Below, one piece after another: positions 55,665-64,000 of a DNA stretch of 64,000 nt. Origin of the DNA: Candidatus Shapirobacteria bacterium (lineage in GTDB: Bacteria > Patescibacteriota > Microgenomatia > UM-FILTER-40-11). The position numbers were made by a program, and so were the translations under genes. Positions within the stretch are counted from its first letter, which is position 1. Every line of letters begins with the position of its first letter. The DNA is taken from assembly GCA_020059745.1 (NCBI GenBank), contig JAGVBK010000003.1:68492-132491 (forward strand), read 5' to 3'. The notes beneath the pieces are model-generated. The model was not told where the DNA came from, searched no databases, and saw only the letters and a list, made by a program, of their open reading frames with translations.

Positions 55665-57145
55665 AGATAGTTATTGGTTATCCGCCGCTTAAGTCAGAGA
55701 AAGGTATTCCTCAGATTTCTCAAAATCGCCAATTCCAATGGACAGCAGGCGGTCCGCTTTCTTATTTTATTTACCCGGTTATCCCCGCTTATGCAGCCAG
55801 TTTATTAAAAGAAAGAGGTTATGAAGTTTACTGGCTTGATGGTTTGGCCGAGAAAATGACTTACGAGCAGTGGGAAAAGAAACTGCTGGAAATTAAACCT
55901 GATATTTTAGCCATTGAAACAAAAACTCCGGTTATCAAATACCACTGGCAAATCATTAAACAACTTAAAAAACTGGTCACTGATCACTGGTCACTGGTTA
56001 CTGTCTTGATGGGCGATCATGTTACTGCCTTGCCAGAAGAATCATTTTCAAAATGTCCTGTCGACTATATTTTAACCGGCGGTGATTATGATTTTGGCCT
56101 TCTTTCCATTGCTAATCATTTAAGCAAAGGCGAGAAGTTAGATTCTGGCATATATTACCGCACCAAAAACGATGATTCGAAGTTCATGGTTCATGGTTCA
56201 AAGTTCAAGTTAAATCATAGTCTTGACGAGTTGCCCCTAATTGATCGGGATTTAACAAAGTGGCACCTCTATGCTTACAGAAATTCGAATTTTTACCGCG
56301 CTCCCGGAGCCTACACAATGTTTGGTCGGGATTGCTGGTGGGGAAAATGTTCATTTTGTTCCTGGACAACTCTTTTTCCCGGAGAAAAATTCAGAGTAAT
56401 GAGCGTTAAACAGGCGATTGCTGAAGTGAAGAATTTGGTTGAAAACTATCATGTTAAGGAAATAATGGACGATTCGGGCACTTTTCCGACCGGCGATTGG
56501 TTAAGGGAATTTTGTGAAGAAATTATTAAAAGAGGATACCAGAAAAAAATTAATATTAACTGCAATATGCGGTTTAACTGCGGGCTTTCACAAAAAGATT
56601 ATAACTTGATGGGGAAAGCGGGTTTCAGGTTTATTCTTTATGGTCTTGAATCGGCGAACCAGGAAACACTTGACAAGCTTAATAAAAATCTCAAGGTTGA
56701 GCAAATAGAGCCGGCCCTTAGCGCGGCAAAAAAGGCTGGGCTCAAGCCCCATGTAACCGTAATGGTCGGCTACCCGTGGGAAGGAGAAAAAGAAATTCAA
56801 AAAACAGTCTCTTTTGTCAAAAATCTTTTTGAAAAAGAGTTGGTTGATACAATGCAGGCCACAGTAGTAATTCCTTACCCCGGAACTCCTCTTTTTGAGG
56901 AATGTAAAAAGAAAAAACTTCTTAAAACTTTGGACTGGAATAGGTATGACATGAGAGAGCCCATTATGAAGGCTGGGGTTTCCGATGAAAAGCTAATGTG
57001 TGCCGTCAGGGAGCTATATAGCAGTTCCGTTTGGAATAAGACCTTTGTATTTAATACACTTAAGAAATTAGGAAACTATGATGGTTTTAAGTATGTTTCT
57101 TTTCAGGGATTTAAGTATTTAGGAAAACTTTTAGAATTCAAGTGA
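55661..57145 (+). CDS. B12-binding-domain radical SAM protein with two heptamer-encoded loops
   Basis: 'SQNRQFQW...YPVIPAYAA', 'GRDCWWGKCSFC' (CX4CX2C), 'YGLESA', 'PYPGT'. Confidence 0.88.
   Translation: MKIVIGYPPLKSEKGIPQISQNRQFQWTAGGPLSYFIYPVIPAYAASLLKERGYEVYWLDGLAEKMTYEQWEKKLLEIKPDILAIETKTPVIKYHWQIIKQLKKLVTDHWSLVTVLMGDHVTALPEESFSKCPVDYILTGGDYDFGLLSIANHLSKGEKLDSGIYYRTKNDDSKFMVHGSKFKLNHSLDELPLIDRDLTKWHLYAYRNSNFYRAPGAYTMFGRDCWWGKCSFCSWTTLFPGEKFRVMSVKQAIAEVKNLVENYHVKEIMDDSGTFPTGDWLREFCEEIIKRGYQKKININCNMRFNCGLSQKDYNLMGKAGFRFILYGLESANQETLDKLNKNLKVEQIEPALSAAKKAGLKPHVTVMVGYPWEGEKEIQKTVSFVKNLFEKELVDTMQATVVIPYPGTPLFEECKKKKLLKTLDWNRYDMREPIMKAGVSDEKLMCAVRELYSSSVWNKTFVFNTLKKLGNYDGFKYVSFQGFKYLGKLLEFK
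55972..56006 (+). repeat. Heptamer array, family A (5 units), in frame
   Basis: actggtc actgatc actggtc actggtt actgtct; encodes LVTDHWSLVTV. Confidence 0.85.
56174..56208 (+). repeat. Heptamer array, family B (NNTTCRN x5), in frame
   Basis: gattcga agttcat ggttcat ggttcaa agttcaa; encodes DSKFMVHGSKFK. Confidence 0.85.
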
Positions 57146-57154
57146 TCTCATTTT

Positions 57155-57628
57155 ATGAAATTTTTAAATTTAATCAATAAAAACTTGTTTTTCCATGAGC
57201 TTACCCATTTCATCTTGAGTTTGTTGTCTGGATTATTTGTATGGCTAATATTCAGAGACTGGAGACTTTTGCCAGTTGCCATTTTATTTGGATTTTTTAT
57301 TGATGTGGATCACCTATTTGATTATTTGAATTGGTCAAGGGGAAGTCTTAAACTCTCCGAGTTTTTTACCCCCCGGCTTTATGTCAGGGGATCAAAAAAG
57401 GTTTTCGTTCCCCTTCATGGTTGGGAATTTTTACCGTTTGTCTGGATTTTTGGGAGAATAATTGGTTTAAAAATCGGAATTTCCGGATTTCAATGGGCTG
57501 CTTCTTTGGCCTATTTTACCCACATGTCTTGGGATCAAATTACAGTCAACCCCAACACACTTGGATATTTCTTTATCTATCGCTTGATAAATAATTTTAA
57601 AATGAAAAGCTTTAATGGAAAAAAATAG
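57155..57628 (+). CDS. Membrane protein, putative metal-dependent hydrolase (YdjM-like)
   Basis: 'HELTH', 'IDVDH', 'PLHG', 'THMSWD' His/Asp motifs in TM context. Confidence 0.6.
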   Translation: MKFLNLINKNLFFHELTHFILSLLSGLFVWLIFRDWRLLPVAILFGFFIDVDHLFDYLNWSRGSLKLSEFFTPRLYVRGSKKVFVPLHGWEFLPFVWIFGRIIGLKIGISGFQWAASLAYFTHMSWDQITVNPNTLGYFFIYRLINNFKMKSFNGKK

Positions 57629-58640
57629 CCTACCAACAATTTCGGTGTTGATTCCAACTTTAAATGCCGGCAGGGTACTCGAGGAATGTCTTAAATCGAT
57701 TTCAATTCAGGATTATCCCAAAGACAAAATTGAGATAATTATTGCTGACGGCGGATCTGTCGATAATACTCTAAAGATTGCAAAGAAATATGGTGCAAAA
57801 ATCTTCGAAAACCCCCTCAAGACTGGAGAAACGGGAAAGGCTGTGGCATTAAAAAACGCAAAAAACGAACTTGTTGCCCTAATTGACTCTGATAATATCT
57901 TACCAAACAAAGACTGGCTTAAAAGGATGGTTGAGCCTTTTGACGACAGAGAAATTAATGGTAGTGAGCCTTGGGCTTTTACTTACAGAAAGTTTGATGG
58001 TTTTATCGACCGGTACTGTGCCTTGATGGGCATGAACGATCCCTTTTGCTATTTTATCGGCAACTACGACCATTTAAATCTGATTACTAATAAGTGGACA
58101 AAATTAAACTTAGAAGAAGAAGACAAGGGCAGTTGGCTTAAGCTAAGCTTGAAGTTTCCGAATGTTCCTACAATTGGCGCTAATGGAGCATTATTTAGAA
58201 GGAAATTTCTTATAGAAGGAGGAGTAACTAAGGATTACTTATTTGATATTGATGTGATTCCCAAACTTTCCAGGAGAAGGGCGATTAAATATGCGAAAGT
58301 TAAAATTAGTATAGTTCATGTTTCCTGCGGAAGCAGCTCAGTAAGATTTACTTTAAAACAATTGAGGAGAATTACCGATTATTTATATTATCAAAAACGC
58401 AATCTTAGGATTTATCCTTGGCAGAAACAAGACAAGACAGGCCTGATTAATTTTTTACTAAGTTGTATTTTTGTATTTCCCTTATTATATCAATCACTAA
58501 GAGGGTATATGAAAAAACCAGACCCAGCTTGGCTTTTTCATCCGCTTGCTTGCTGGATAACGCTTTTTGTCTATACGACAAAGGTGCTGTCTGGGTTTGT
58601 AACAACAAACATCCAAAGTAGGGAAAAATGGAAACAATGA
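57615..58640 (+). CDS. GT2 glycosyltransferase
   Basis: 'ISVLIPTLN', 'IADGGSVD', 'LIDSDN'. Confidence 0.88.
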   Translation: MEKNSLPTISVLIPTLNAGRVLEECLKSISIQDYPKDKIEIIIADGGSVDNTLKIAKKYGAKIFENPLKTGETGKAVALKNAKNELVALIDSDNILPNKDWLKRMVEPFDDREINGSEPWAFTYRKFDGFIDRYCALMGMNDPFCYFIGNYDHLNLITNKWTKLNLEEEDKGSWLKLSLKFPNVPTIGANGALFRRKFLIEGGVTKDYLFDIDVIPKLSRRRAIKYAKVKISIVHVSCGSSSVRFTLKQLRRITDYLYYQKRNLRIYPWQKQDKTGLINFLLSCIFVFPLLYQSLRGYMKKPDPAWLFHPLACWITLFVYTTKVLSGFVTTNIQSREKWKQ

Positions 58641-58750
58641 TTTACTCTGATAAAAATTCGTAGATTTTTTTTGAGAGTAAATTGTGCTAATATTTATGCT
58701 AGTTTTCTTACCAGAAAAGAGATAGTAACAATTATTAATTAAATATTTAA

Positions 58751-59797
58751 ATGCCTAAAAAATCTTCAAACAAAAAACAGACTCTTCCCTCTGTTTCTTT
58801 TGTTATTGCCACATATAATAGCGGTTGGTGTGTTGAAGACGCTTTGAAATCCATTAAGAAGCAGGACTATTCTAAAAATAAAGTTGAAATAATTTTTGCC
58901 GACGGCGGGTCAAAAGATAATACTTTAGAGCTGGCTAAAAAATACGGTGTTAAGGTTCTAAAAAACGAATTCAAACTAGGCGAACCGGGTTTTGCTTTGG
59001 GATGTGAAGAAGCAAATGGCGATCTTGTTGTTTTTTTGGGCCACGACAATCAGCTTGTTCAGGATAACTGGATTCAGTTAATGATCAAGCCTTTTATGGA
59101 AGCTGATGTTACCGTTGCTTTCCCGCATATTGAAAACAGGCCCCAGGATAGTTGGTTGACAAAATATGTAAACCGCTTTACTGACCCATTTAATCATTTT
59201 GTTTATGGCTACGCCAATAATCCTTTAACCTTTGATAAGGTTTATAGAGTAATTAAGAGAACTAAACACTGGATAATCTTTGATTTTGATCTTCAAGACC
59301 ATCCTATTTTAGCTTTTGATCAGGGCTTGATGCTGAAGAAAGAAGGTTTCCATCGTGATAAAGAAACGTGGTACTGTGATATTCTGCCGATTTTGGACTT
59401 GATAAAAGAAGGAAAGAAATTTGCCTATGTACCGTTGGCAAGCAACTACCATGTTACCTTAAATAAAGGTGTAAGGCAATTTATAAAGAAGCATCAATGG
59501 GCAATTGATTATAATTTAAGTCCTAAAAAAACATTCGGTATTTTTAAACAACCGTTTGGTCTTAAAGCAAGAAAGCAGTATATTTCTCTGAAGAGAAAGA
59601 TGCGAATGTTGGCTTATCCTTTTTATGGGATTAGTTTTTTTATTCCGATACTTAGAGCCGGTTACATGTTTTTAAAAGACAGGGAGAGAGAGTGGTTTTA
59701 TCATCCCTTTATTACATTTATTTCTGCTTATATTATATGGAAAGAAGCGGTCAGAGTGCTTGTTTTTAAGAGAGATCCATTAACAGAAAGATATTAA
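58751..59797 (+). CDS. GT2 glycosyltransferase
   Basis: 'VSFVIATYN', 'FADGGSKD', 'FLGHDN'; paralog of 57615. Confidence 0.85.
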   Translation: MPKKSSNKKQTLPSVSFVIATYNSGWCVEDALKSIKKQDYSKNKVEIIFADGGSKDNTLELAKKYGVKVLKNEFKLGEPGFALGCEEANGDLVVFLGHDNQLVQDNWIQLMIKPFMEADVTVAFPHIENRPQDSWLTKYVNRFTDPFNHFVYGYANNPLTFDKVYRVIKRTKHWIIFDFDLQDHPILAFDQGLMLKKEGFHRDKETWYCDILPILDLIKEGKKFAYVPLASNYHVTLNKGVRQFIKKHQWAIDYNLSPKKTFGIFKQPFGLKARKQYISLKRKMRMLAYPFYGISFFIPILRAGYMFLKDREREWFYHPFITFISAYIIWKEAVRVLVFKRDPLTERY

Positions 59798-59815
59798 TTA
59801 CTAAAAAGGAGTTAT

Positions 59816-60229
59816 ATGAACTACAAGCTTATTTCAAAAGATAAATTTATCGACCAAAGAGGAAGTTTGGCAGAATTTTTAACCAGAAGCGAATTGGAAG
59901 AAGGTTTTCCCTTTGGTCACATATACTTTGTCACTTTTGAGAAAAAAGGGGTTATTAGGGGCAATCACTATCATGCTAAGAAGGACGAATATTTTGGTTT
60001 GGCTATGGGTAAAGTTGAAATTACAATCGAGGATATTAAAACCAAAGAAAGAAAATCTTTCATTCTTGATTCCGAGGAGGATAAGTTCACAAGACTTCAG
60101 ATTGGACCTAACACCGCCCACGCAGTTGAAAGCTTATCTGATAAAGCAGTTCTGATTGACTATTTTCCTGAGCCGTACAATAAAGAGGATCCGGACTCAA
60201 TTAGCTATGAAGTAGTAAAAAAAGAATGA
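59816..60229 (+). CDS. Cupin-fold nucleotide-sugar isomerase/epimerase (FdtA/WxcM/CapF-C-like)
   Basis: 'DQRGSL', 'RGNHYH..K.EYF', 'AHAV'; strong SD AAGGAG upstream. Confidence 0.75.
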   Translation: MNYKLISKDKFIDQRGSLAEFLTRSELEEGFPFGHIYFVTFEKKGVIRGNHYHAKKDEYFGLAMGKVEITIEDIKTKERKSFILDSEEDKFTRLQIGPNTAHAVESLSDKAVLIDYFPEPYNKEDPDSISYEVVKKE

Positions 60230-61335
60230 ATGTGAGTTTTATTGATTTTAAAAGAGAATATCTAGAAATAAAAGAGGAGATAGATAACGCTGTAAATAAG
60301 GTTTTAGAGAGCGGTTGGTTTGTTTTGGGTAAAGAAGTTGAAGCTTTCGAAAAGGAATTTGCATCTTATTGCGGAGTTAACTATTGTTATGGCGTGAATT
60401 CCGGTACAGATGCTCTCTATTTATCTCTACGGGCTTTAGGTTTAAACCCAAAGGATGAAGTTATAATTCCGGTAAATACCTTTATTGCTTCAGCTTTAGC
60501 AGTCAGCCAGCTTGGAGCGATTCCTGTTTTTGTAGATGTGGACGAAAAAACTGGGAACATTGATCCGGCTAAAATTGAAAAAAAGATAGGTTATGCGACC
60601 AAGGCGATTATGGCTGTTCATCTTTATGGTCAAATTGCCGACATGAAAGAAATTCTTACGCTGGCAAAGAGACATCAGCTTTTAGTGATTGAAGATGCTT
60701 GCCAAGCTCACGGGGCAACTTATGAAGGTAAAAAAGCTGGTGGTTTTGGTGATATTGCGGCTTTTTCCTTTTATCCAACAAAAAATTTGGGTGCTTATGG
60801 TGATGCCGGTGCAGTTGTTACGAAAAATGATCAGTTGGCCGAGAAAATTAAACTTTTGAGAAATTATGGACAAAAAGAAAAGTATTATCATGAAATAAAA
60901 GGGGTTAACAGCCGAATGGACGAACTTCAAGCGGCAATTTTGAGGGTGAAGCTTCGATATCTTGATGCGTGGGTAAAAAAAAGAAGGGAAATCGTAGCTC
61001 GGTATAATCGGCAGCTAGCTGATTTACCTCTCACCTTACCAAAAGAAAAAGAAAACCGCTTCCACTCTTATTATCTTTATGTTATAAGAACCGCTGAAAG
61101 AGATGCCTTAATGGGATATATGAAAGAAAAAGGAATTGGAGCCTTGATTCATTATCCAGCCCCCCTTCACCTGCAAAGGGCTTATCGAGAATTGAAATAT
61201 AAGGATGGAGATTTTCCTCTCGCAGAAAAATTTTGCAAAGAGATTATTTCTTTACCTTTGTATCCACAAATCAAAGAAGAAGAAGTAGACTATGTTTGTC
61301 AGAGCATAAGGAGTTTTTTTAATGAAAAAATTTAA
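60226..61335 (+). CDS. DegT/DnrJ/EryC1/StrS sugar aminotransferase (FdtB-like)
   Basis: 'NSGTDAL', 'VHLYGQ', 'EDACQAHG', '[16 protein letters not shown]', '[10 protein letters not shown]'. Confidence 0.92.
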   Translation: MNVSFIDFKREYLEIKEEIDNAVNKVLESGWFVLGKEVEAFEKEFASYCGVNYCYGVNSGTDALYLSLRALGLNPKDEVIIPVNTFIASALAVSQLGAIPVFVDVDEKTGNIDPAKIEKKIGYATKAIMAVHLYGQIADMKEILTLAKRHQLLVIEDACQAHGATYEGKKAGGFGDIAAFSFYPTKNLGAYGDAGAVVTKNDQLAEKIKLLRNYGQKEKYYHEIKGVNSRMDELQAAILRVKLRYLDAWVKKRREIVARYNRQLADLPLTLPKEKENRFHSYYLYVIRTAERDALMGYMKEKGIGALIHYPAPLHLQRAYRELKYKDGDFPLAEKFCKEIISLPLYPQIKEEEVDYVCQSIRSFFNEKI

Positions 61336-61996
61336 TTCGGGTATTGGGGAAAGACTTACCGGTAGGCATAAATATAGTTTTAAATTTTGTGGAAACGTAA
61401 AAGGTAAAACAATTCTTGATGTCGGGAGTTCTTATGGTTGGTTTGAAAAATTTGCCGTCGAAGCGGAGTGTAAATCTGTTTTAGGAATCGAACCAGAGGA
61501 AAATTTATTTTACGCAGCCCAGAAAGAAGTACCCAAAGCTATTTTTAAAAAAGGATCTGCTTTAAAAATTCCAGCAAAGGATAACTTTTTTGATTTGGTT
61601 GTTATGTTTGATGTTATCGAGCACATTCCCCGTAAAACTGAATCAAAAGCACTAAAAGAAATTAAAAGGGTTTTAAGGCCTGGTGGAACATTTGCTATGT
61701 CCACTTCACTGAACTTTTGGTTTACTAACATCATGGACCCCATATGGTATTTTGGACACCGCCATTACAACGAAAAGCAATTAAGAAATTTACTGGGTAA
61801 AGAAGGTTTTAAAGTGAAAAAGGTTGAGTATCGGGGTGGTTGGGGTGAAATGGCTAGCGCAATTTTACTTTATCCTTTTAAATGGATTTTTCATTGTGAA
61901 GTTCCTTTTAAAAAATATCTGGAACAAAAAAGAGATGAAGAATATTTGGTTAATAAAAAAGGATTCATGACAATTTATCTGAAGGCAACAAAATGA
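61322..61996 (+). CDS. Class I SAM-dependent methyltransferase
   Basis: 'ILDVGSSYG', 'FDVIEH', 'RVLRPGG'. Confidence 0.85.
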   Translation: MKKFNSGIGERLTGRHKYSFKFCGNVKGKTILDVGSSYGWFEKFAVEAECKSVLGIEPEENLFYAAQKEVPKAIFKKGSALKIPAKDNFFDLVVMFDVIEHIPRKTESKALKEIKRVLRPGGTFAMSTSLNFWFTNIMDPIWYFGHRHYNEKQLRNLLGKEGFKVKKVEYRGGWGEMASAILLYPFKWIFHCEVPFKKYLEQKRDEEYLVNKKGFMTIYLKATK

Positions 61997-62057
61997 ATTT
62001 ATCTATTAATTTGTTTTGTTAGTTTCTGTTATTAGATTAGTACTGAAAGGAAGCAAA

Positions 62058-63572
62058 ATGAAAGTATTATTGTTAAACCCGTATCGAACGACAACTTTCA
62101 ATCGGAGAACTTATCCCTTGGAACCAATTGGTTTGCTCTATTTAGCTACATATATTCGCGAAAAGCTTTCAAAAAAATATCCATCGATAAAAGTTAGTAT
62201 TGTTGATACTTATTTTAATGGTCCTCCAGCTTGCACTAAAACCAAGCTAGGTTATAGAGCGGGGTTGAGCGACGAAGAAATTGAGGAAATTCTAAAAAAA
62301 GAGAAACCCGACATGATTGGGATAAGCAACAATTATACCTCATACACACCCGACAGTCTGTCGTTGGCTGAGTTGGCAAAGAAAACATGCCCTAAGGCGG
62401 TAATAGTACTTGGAGGTGCTCATGCCACAGTGGATCACGAATTTTTAATTACTAAGGATTGTGTTGATGTTGTTGTGAGAGGAGAGGGGGAGGAGACCTT
62501 CAGAGAAATGATTTACAACATTTATAAGAAAAAAGGATTGAGGAACGTATTGGGAATTACTTATAAAGAAGGTAAAAGAATTATTTCTAATTCAGACAGA
62601 CCTTTAATTGAAGATTTAGATGAGTTGCCTATTCCTGACAGGTCCTTTATTAATTATCCGGAATATCTCAAAAAGACTTCCGAAATATACTTTGTGCCTG
62701 AAAAGAAGCCTGTAGGAACAATTTTTTCTTCCAGAGGCTGTATGTACCATTGCGTTTTTTGTAGTACCCATAAAGTATGGTCGGATAAATGGCGGTATCG
62801 GTCTGCCAAGAATGTCATAAAAGAGATTAACTATCTTAGGAAGAAGTATGGGGTCCGAGAGTTTGCCTTTGAGGATGATCAGTTTTTGGGAAGTAATGAA
62901 AGGGTTGTTGAAATATGCAAAATGATTATCAAACAAAAGATGGATATCTCTCTTATTGTACCTCCAGGACTATCCCCATCATTGTTAAAGAAAGAAACCT
63001 TGAAATATTTAAAGCAGGCGGGTCTTTATAGGGTATCTTTTTCGGTTGACGCCGGGAGTCCGAAATCAGTTGCATATGTCAAAAAACCGGTTAATTTAGA
63101 CAAAGTTAGAGACATTGTTGCTTATGCTAACCGTTTGGGATTATGGACTTATGGGTTTTTTGTAATCGGGTATCCCTATGAGACTATTAAAGATCTTGAA
63201 GAGGTTAGGGATTACGCTTATGGATTGAAAATGGATTTTATTAGATTTTATATTGCTCAACCCCACATGGGATCTGACCTTTATGAAATATATTTAAAGG
63301 AGGGAAAGATTGATAAACGGGCAAAAGAACAACACACTATGTTCGATTCTCTATTCGGAACAGATCATGTTTCCGCCAAAAAACTGTTTAGATTAAGAGA
63401 AGAATATGAGAACAGTTATCTCTTATATCATATAAAGAACCATTTACCTTCACTAAAGTATTTTTTTTGGGAGTTTATTCCTAAAATTTCCAGTCCCAAA
63501 AAGATTTTTTATCTATTTAGAGTAATGGTTTCTTACACTAAACAGATATCCATAACCCCATCTAAAAAGTAA
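62058..63572 (+). CDS. B12-binding-domain radical SAM protein
   Basis: Probable ATG 62058 (SD GAAAGGA); 'PIGLLYLA', 'GGAHAT', 'RGEGE', 'SRGCMYHCVFC', 'FEDDQF'. Confidence 0.9.
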   Translation: MKVLLLNPYRTTTFNRRTYPLEPIGLLYLATYIREKLSKKYPSIKVSIVDTYFNGPPACTKTKLGYRAGLSDEEIEEILKKEKPDMIGISNNYTSYTPDSLSLAELAKKTCPKAVIVLGGAHATVDHEFLITKDCVDVVVRGEGEETFREMIYNIYKKKGLRNVLGITYKEGKRIISNSDRPLIEDLDELPIPDRSFINYPEYLKKTSEIYFVPEKKPVGTIFSSRGCMYHCVFCSTHKVWSDKWRYRSAKNVIKEINYLRKKYGVREFAFEDDQFLGSNERVVEICKMIIKQKMDISLIVPPGLSPSLLKKETLKYLKQAGLYRVSFSVDAGSPKSVAYVKKPVNLDKVRDIVAYANRLGLWTYGFFVIGYPYETIKDLEEVRDYAYGLKMDFIRFYIAQPHMGSDLYEIYLKEGKIDKRAKEQHTMFDSLFGTDHVSAKKLFRLREEYENSYLLYHIKNHLPSLKYFFWEFIPKISSPKKIFYLFRVMVSYTKQISITPSKK

Positions 63573-63592
63573 TAAAACAATCTGAATCCTGT

Positions 63593-64000
63593 ATGAAAAT
63601 TGCATTTTTTACTGCACCCCTTCTGAATCATGGTGGGGGAGTTGAGAAACATTTTATGACTATGGCCAATGAGATGGCAAAGAGAGGACATCAAGTTTCG
63701 ATTCTCAACTTGAGTGGGGGTTTTTATAAAAAGCTAAGTATTTTTTTGACCCTTTATTATCATTCAAATCAAGTTAACGATTTAAGGTTGAAGGATTCAG
63801 AGGTAAAAGAGGGTCTGAAAAATATTAGATGGATAGTGGGAGACCTGAAAAAAATCCAAAAAAACTTAAAAGAATTCGATGTTGTTTATTCTAAAAATGA
63901 AATTATTGATCTTTTACCTTTAAAGTTGATGAGAAAGAAGTACCTACCTCCTGTTCTGGTTGGTATTCATACACCAATATATTATCCTGTTAGTAATTCC
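63593..64000 (+). CDS. GT4-type glycosyltransferase (3' partial)
   Basis: My translation from ATG 63593 reads MKIAFFTAPLLNHGGGVEKHF...LAKRGH-like 'MAKRGHQV'; not in the ORF track because it runs off the window. Confidence 0.7.
   Translation, partial: MKIAFFTAPLLNHGGGVEKHFMTMANEMAKRGHQVSILNLSGGFYKKLSIFLTLYYHSNQVNDLRLKDSEVKEGLKNIRWIVGDLKKIQKNLKEFDVVYSKNEIIDLLPLKLMRKKYLPPVLVGIHTPIYYPVSNS

Overview
AT-rich 64 kb bacterial region made almost entirely of one co-oriented, tightly overlapping cell-surface glycosylation supercluster: about 55 CDS, all on the + strand except a TMTC-like gene at 41245-43104. Gene content and style (frequent ATGA/TAATG overlaps, few Shine-Dalgarno sites, extended -10 motifs directly before start codons) suggest a Patescibacteria/CPR genome, probably Microgenomates; this is an inference. 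The cluster encodes 2 Wzx-like flippases, 12 GT2 and 5 GT4 glycosyltransferases, about 18 polyprenyl-phosphate-dependent GT-C membrane proteins (ArnT/PMT-like run, YfhO, PIG-V-like, AftD-like, TMTC-like), 5 SAM methyltransferases, 5 radical SAM enzymes (3 with a B12-binding-type N-terminus), an epimerase and a cupin/aminotransferase pair. The most striking unexplained signal is a 7-nt periodic repeat system. A four-helix-bundle gene (23S rRNA IVP/Avd-like, 34797-35171) is bracketed by inverted heptamer arrays. Short heptamer arrays of two or three sequence families also sit in frame in predicted loops of several glycosyltransferases and a radical SAM gene; one forms a hairpin and one is shared almost verbatim between two divergent paralogs. 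I saw no rRNA, tRNA, CRISPR array, transposase or reverse transcriptase.
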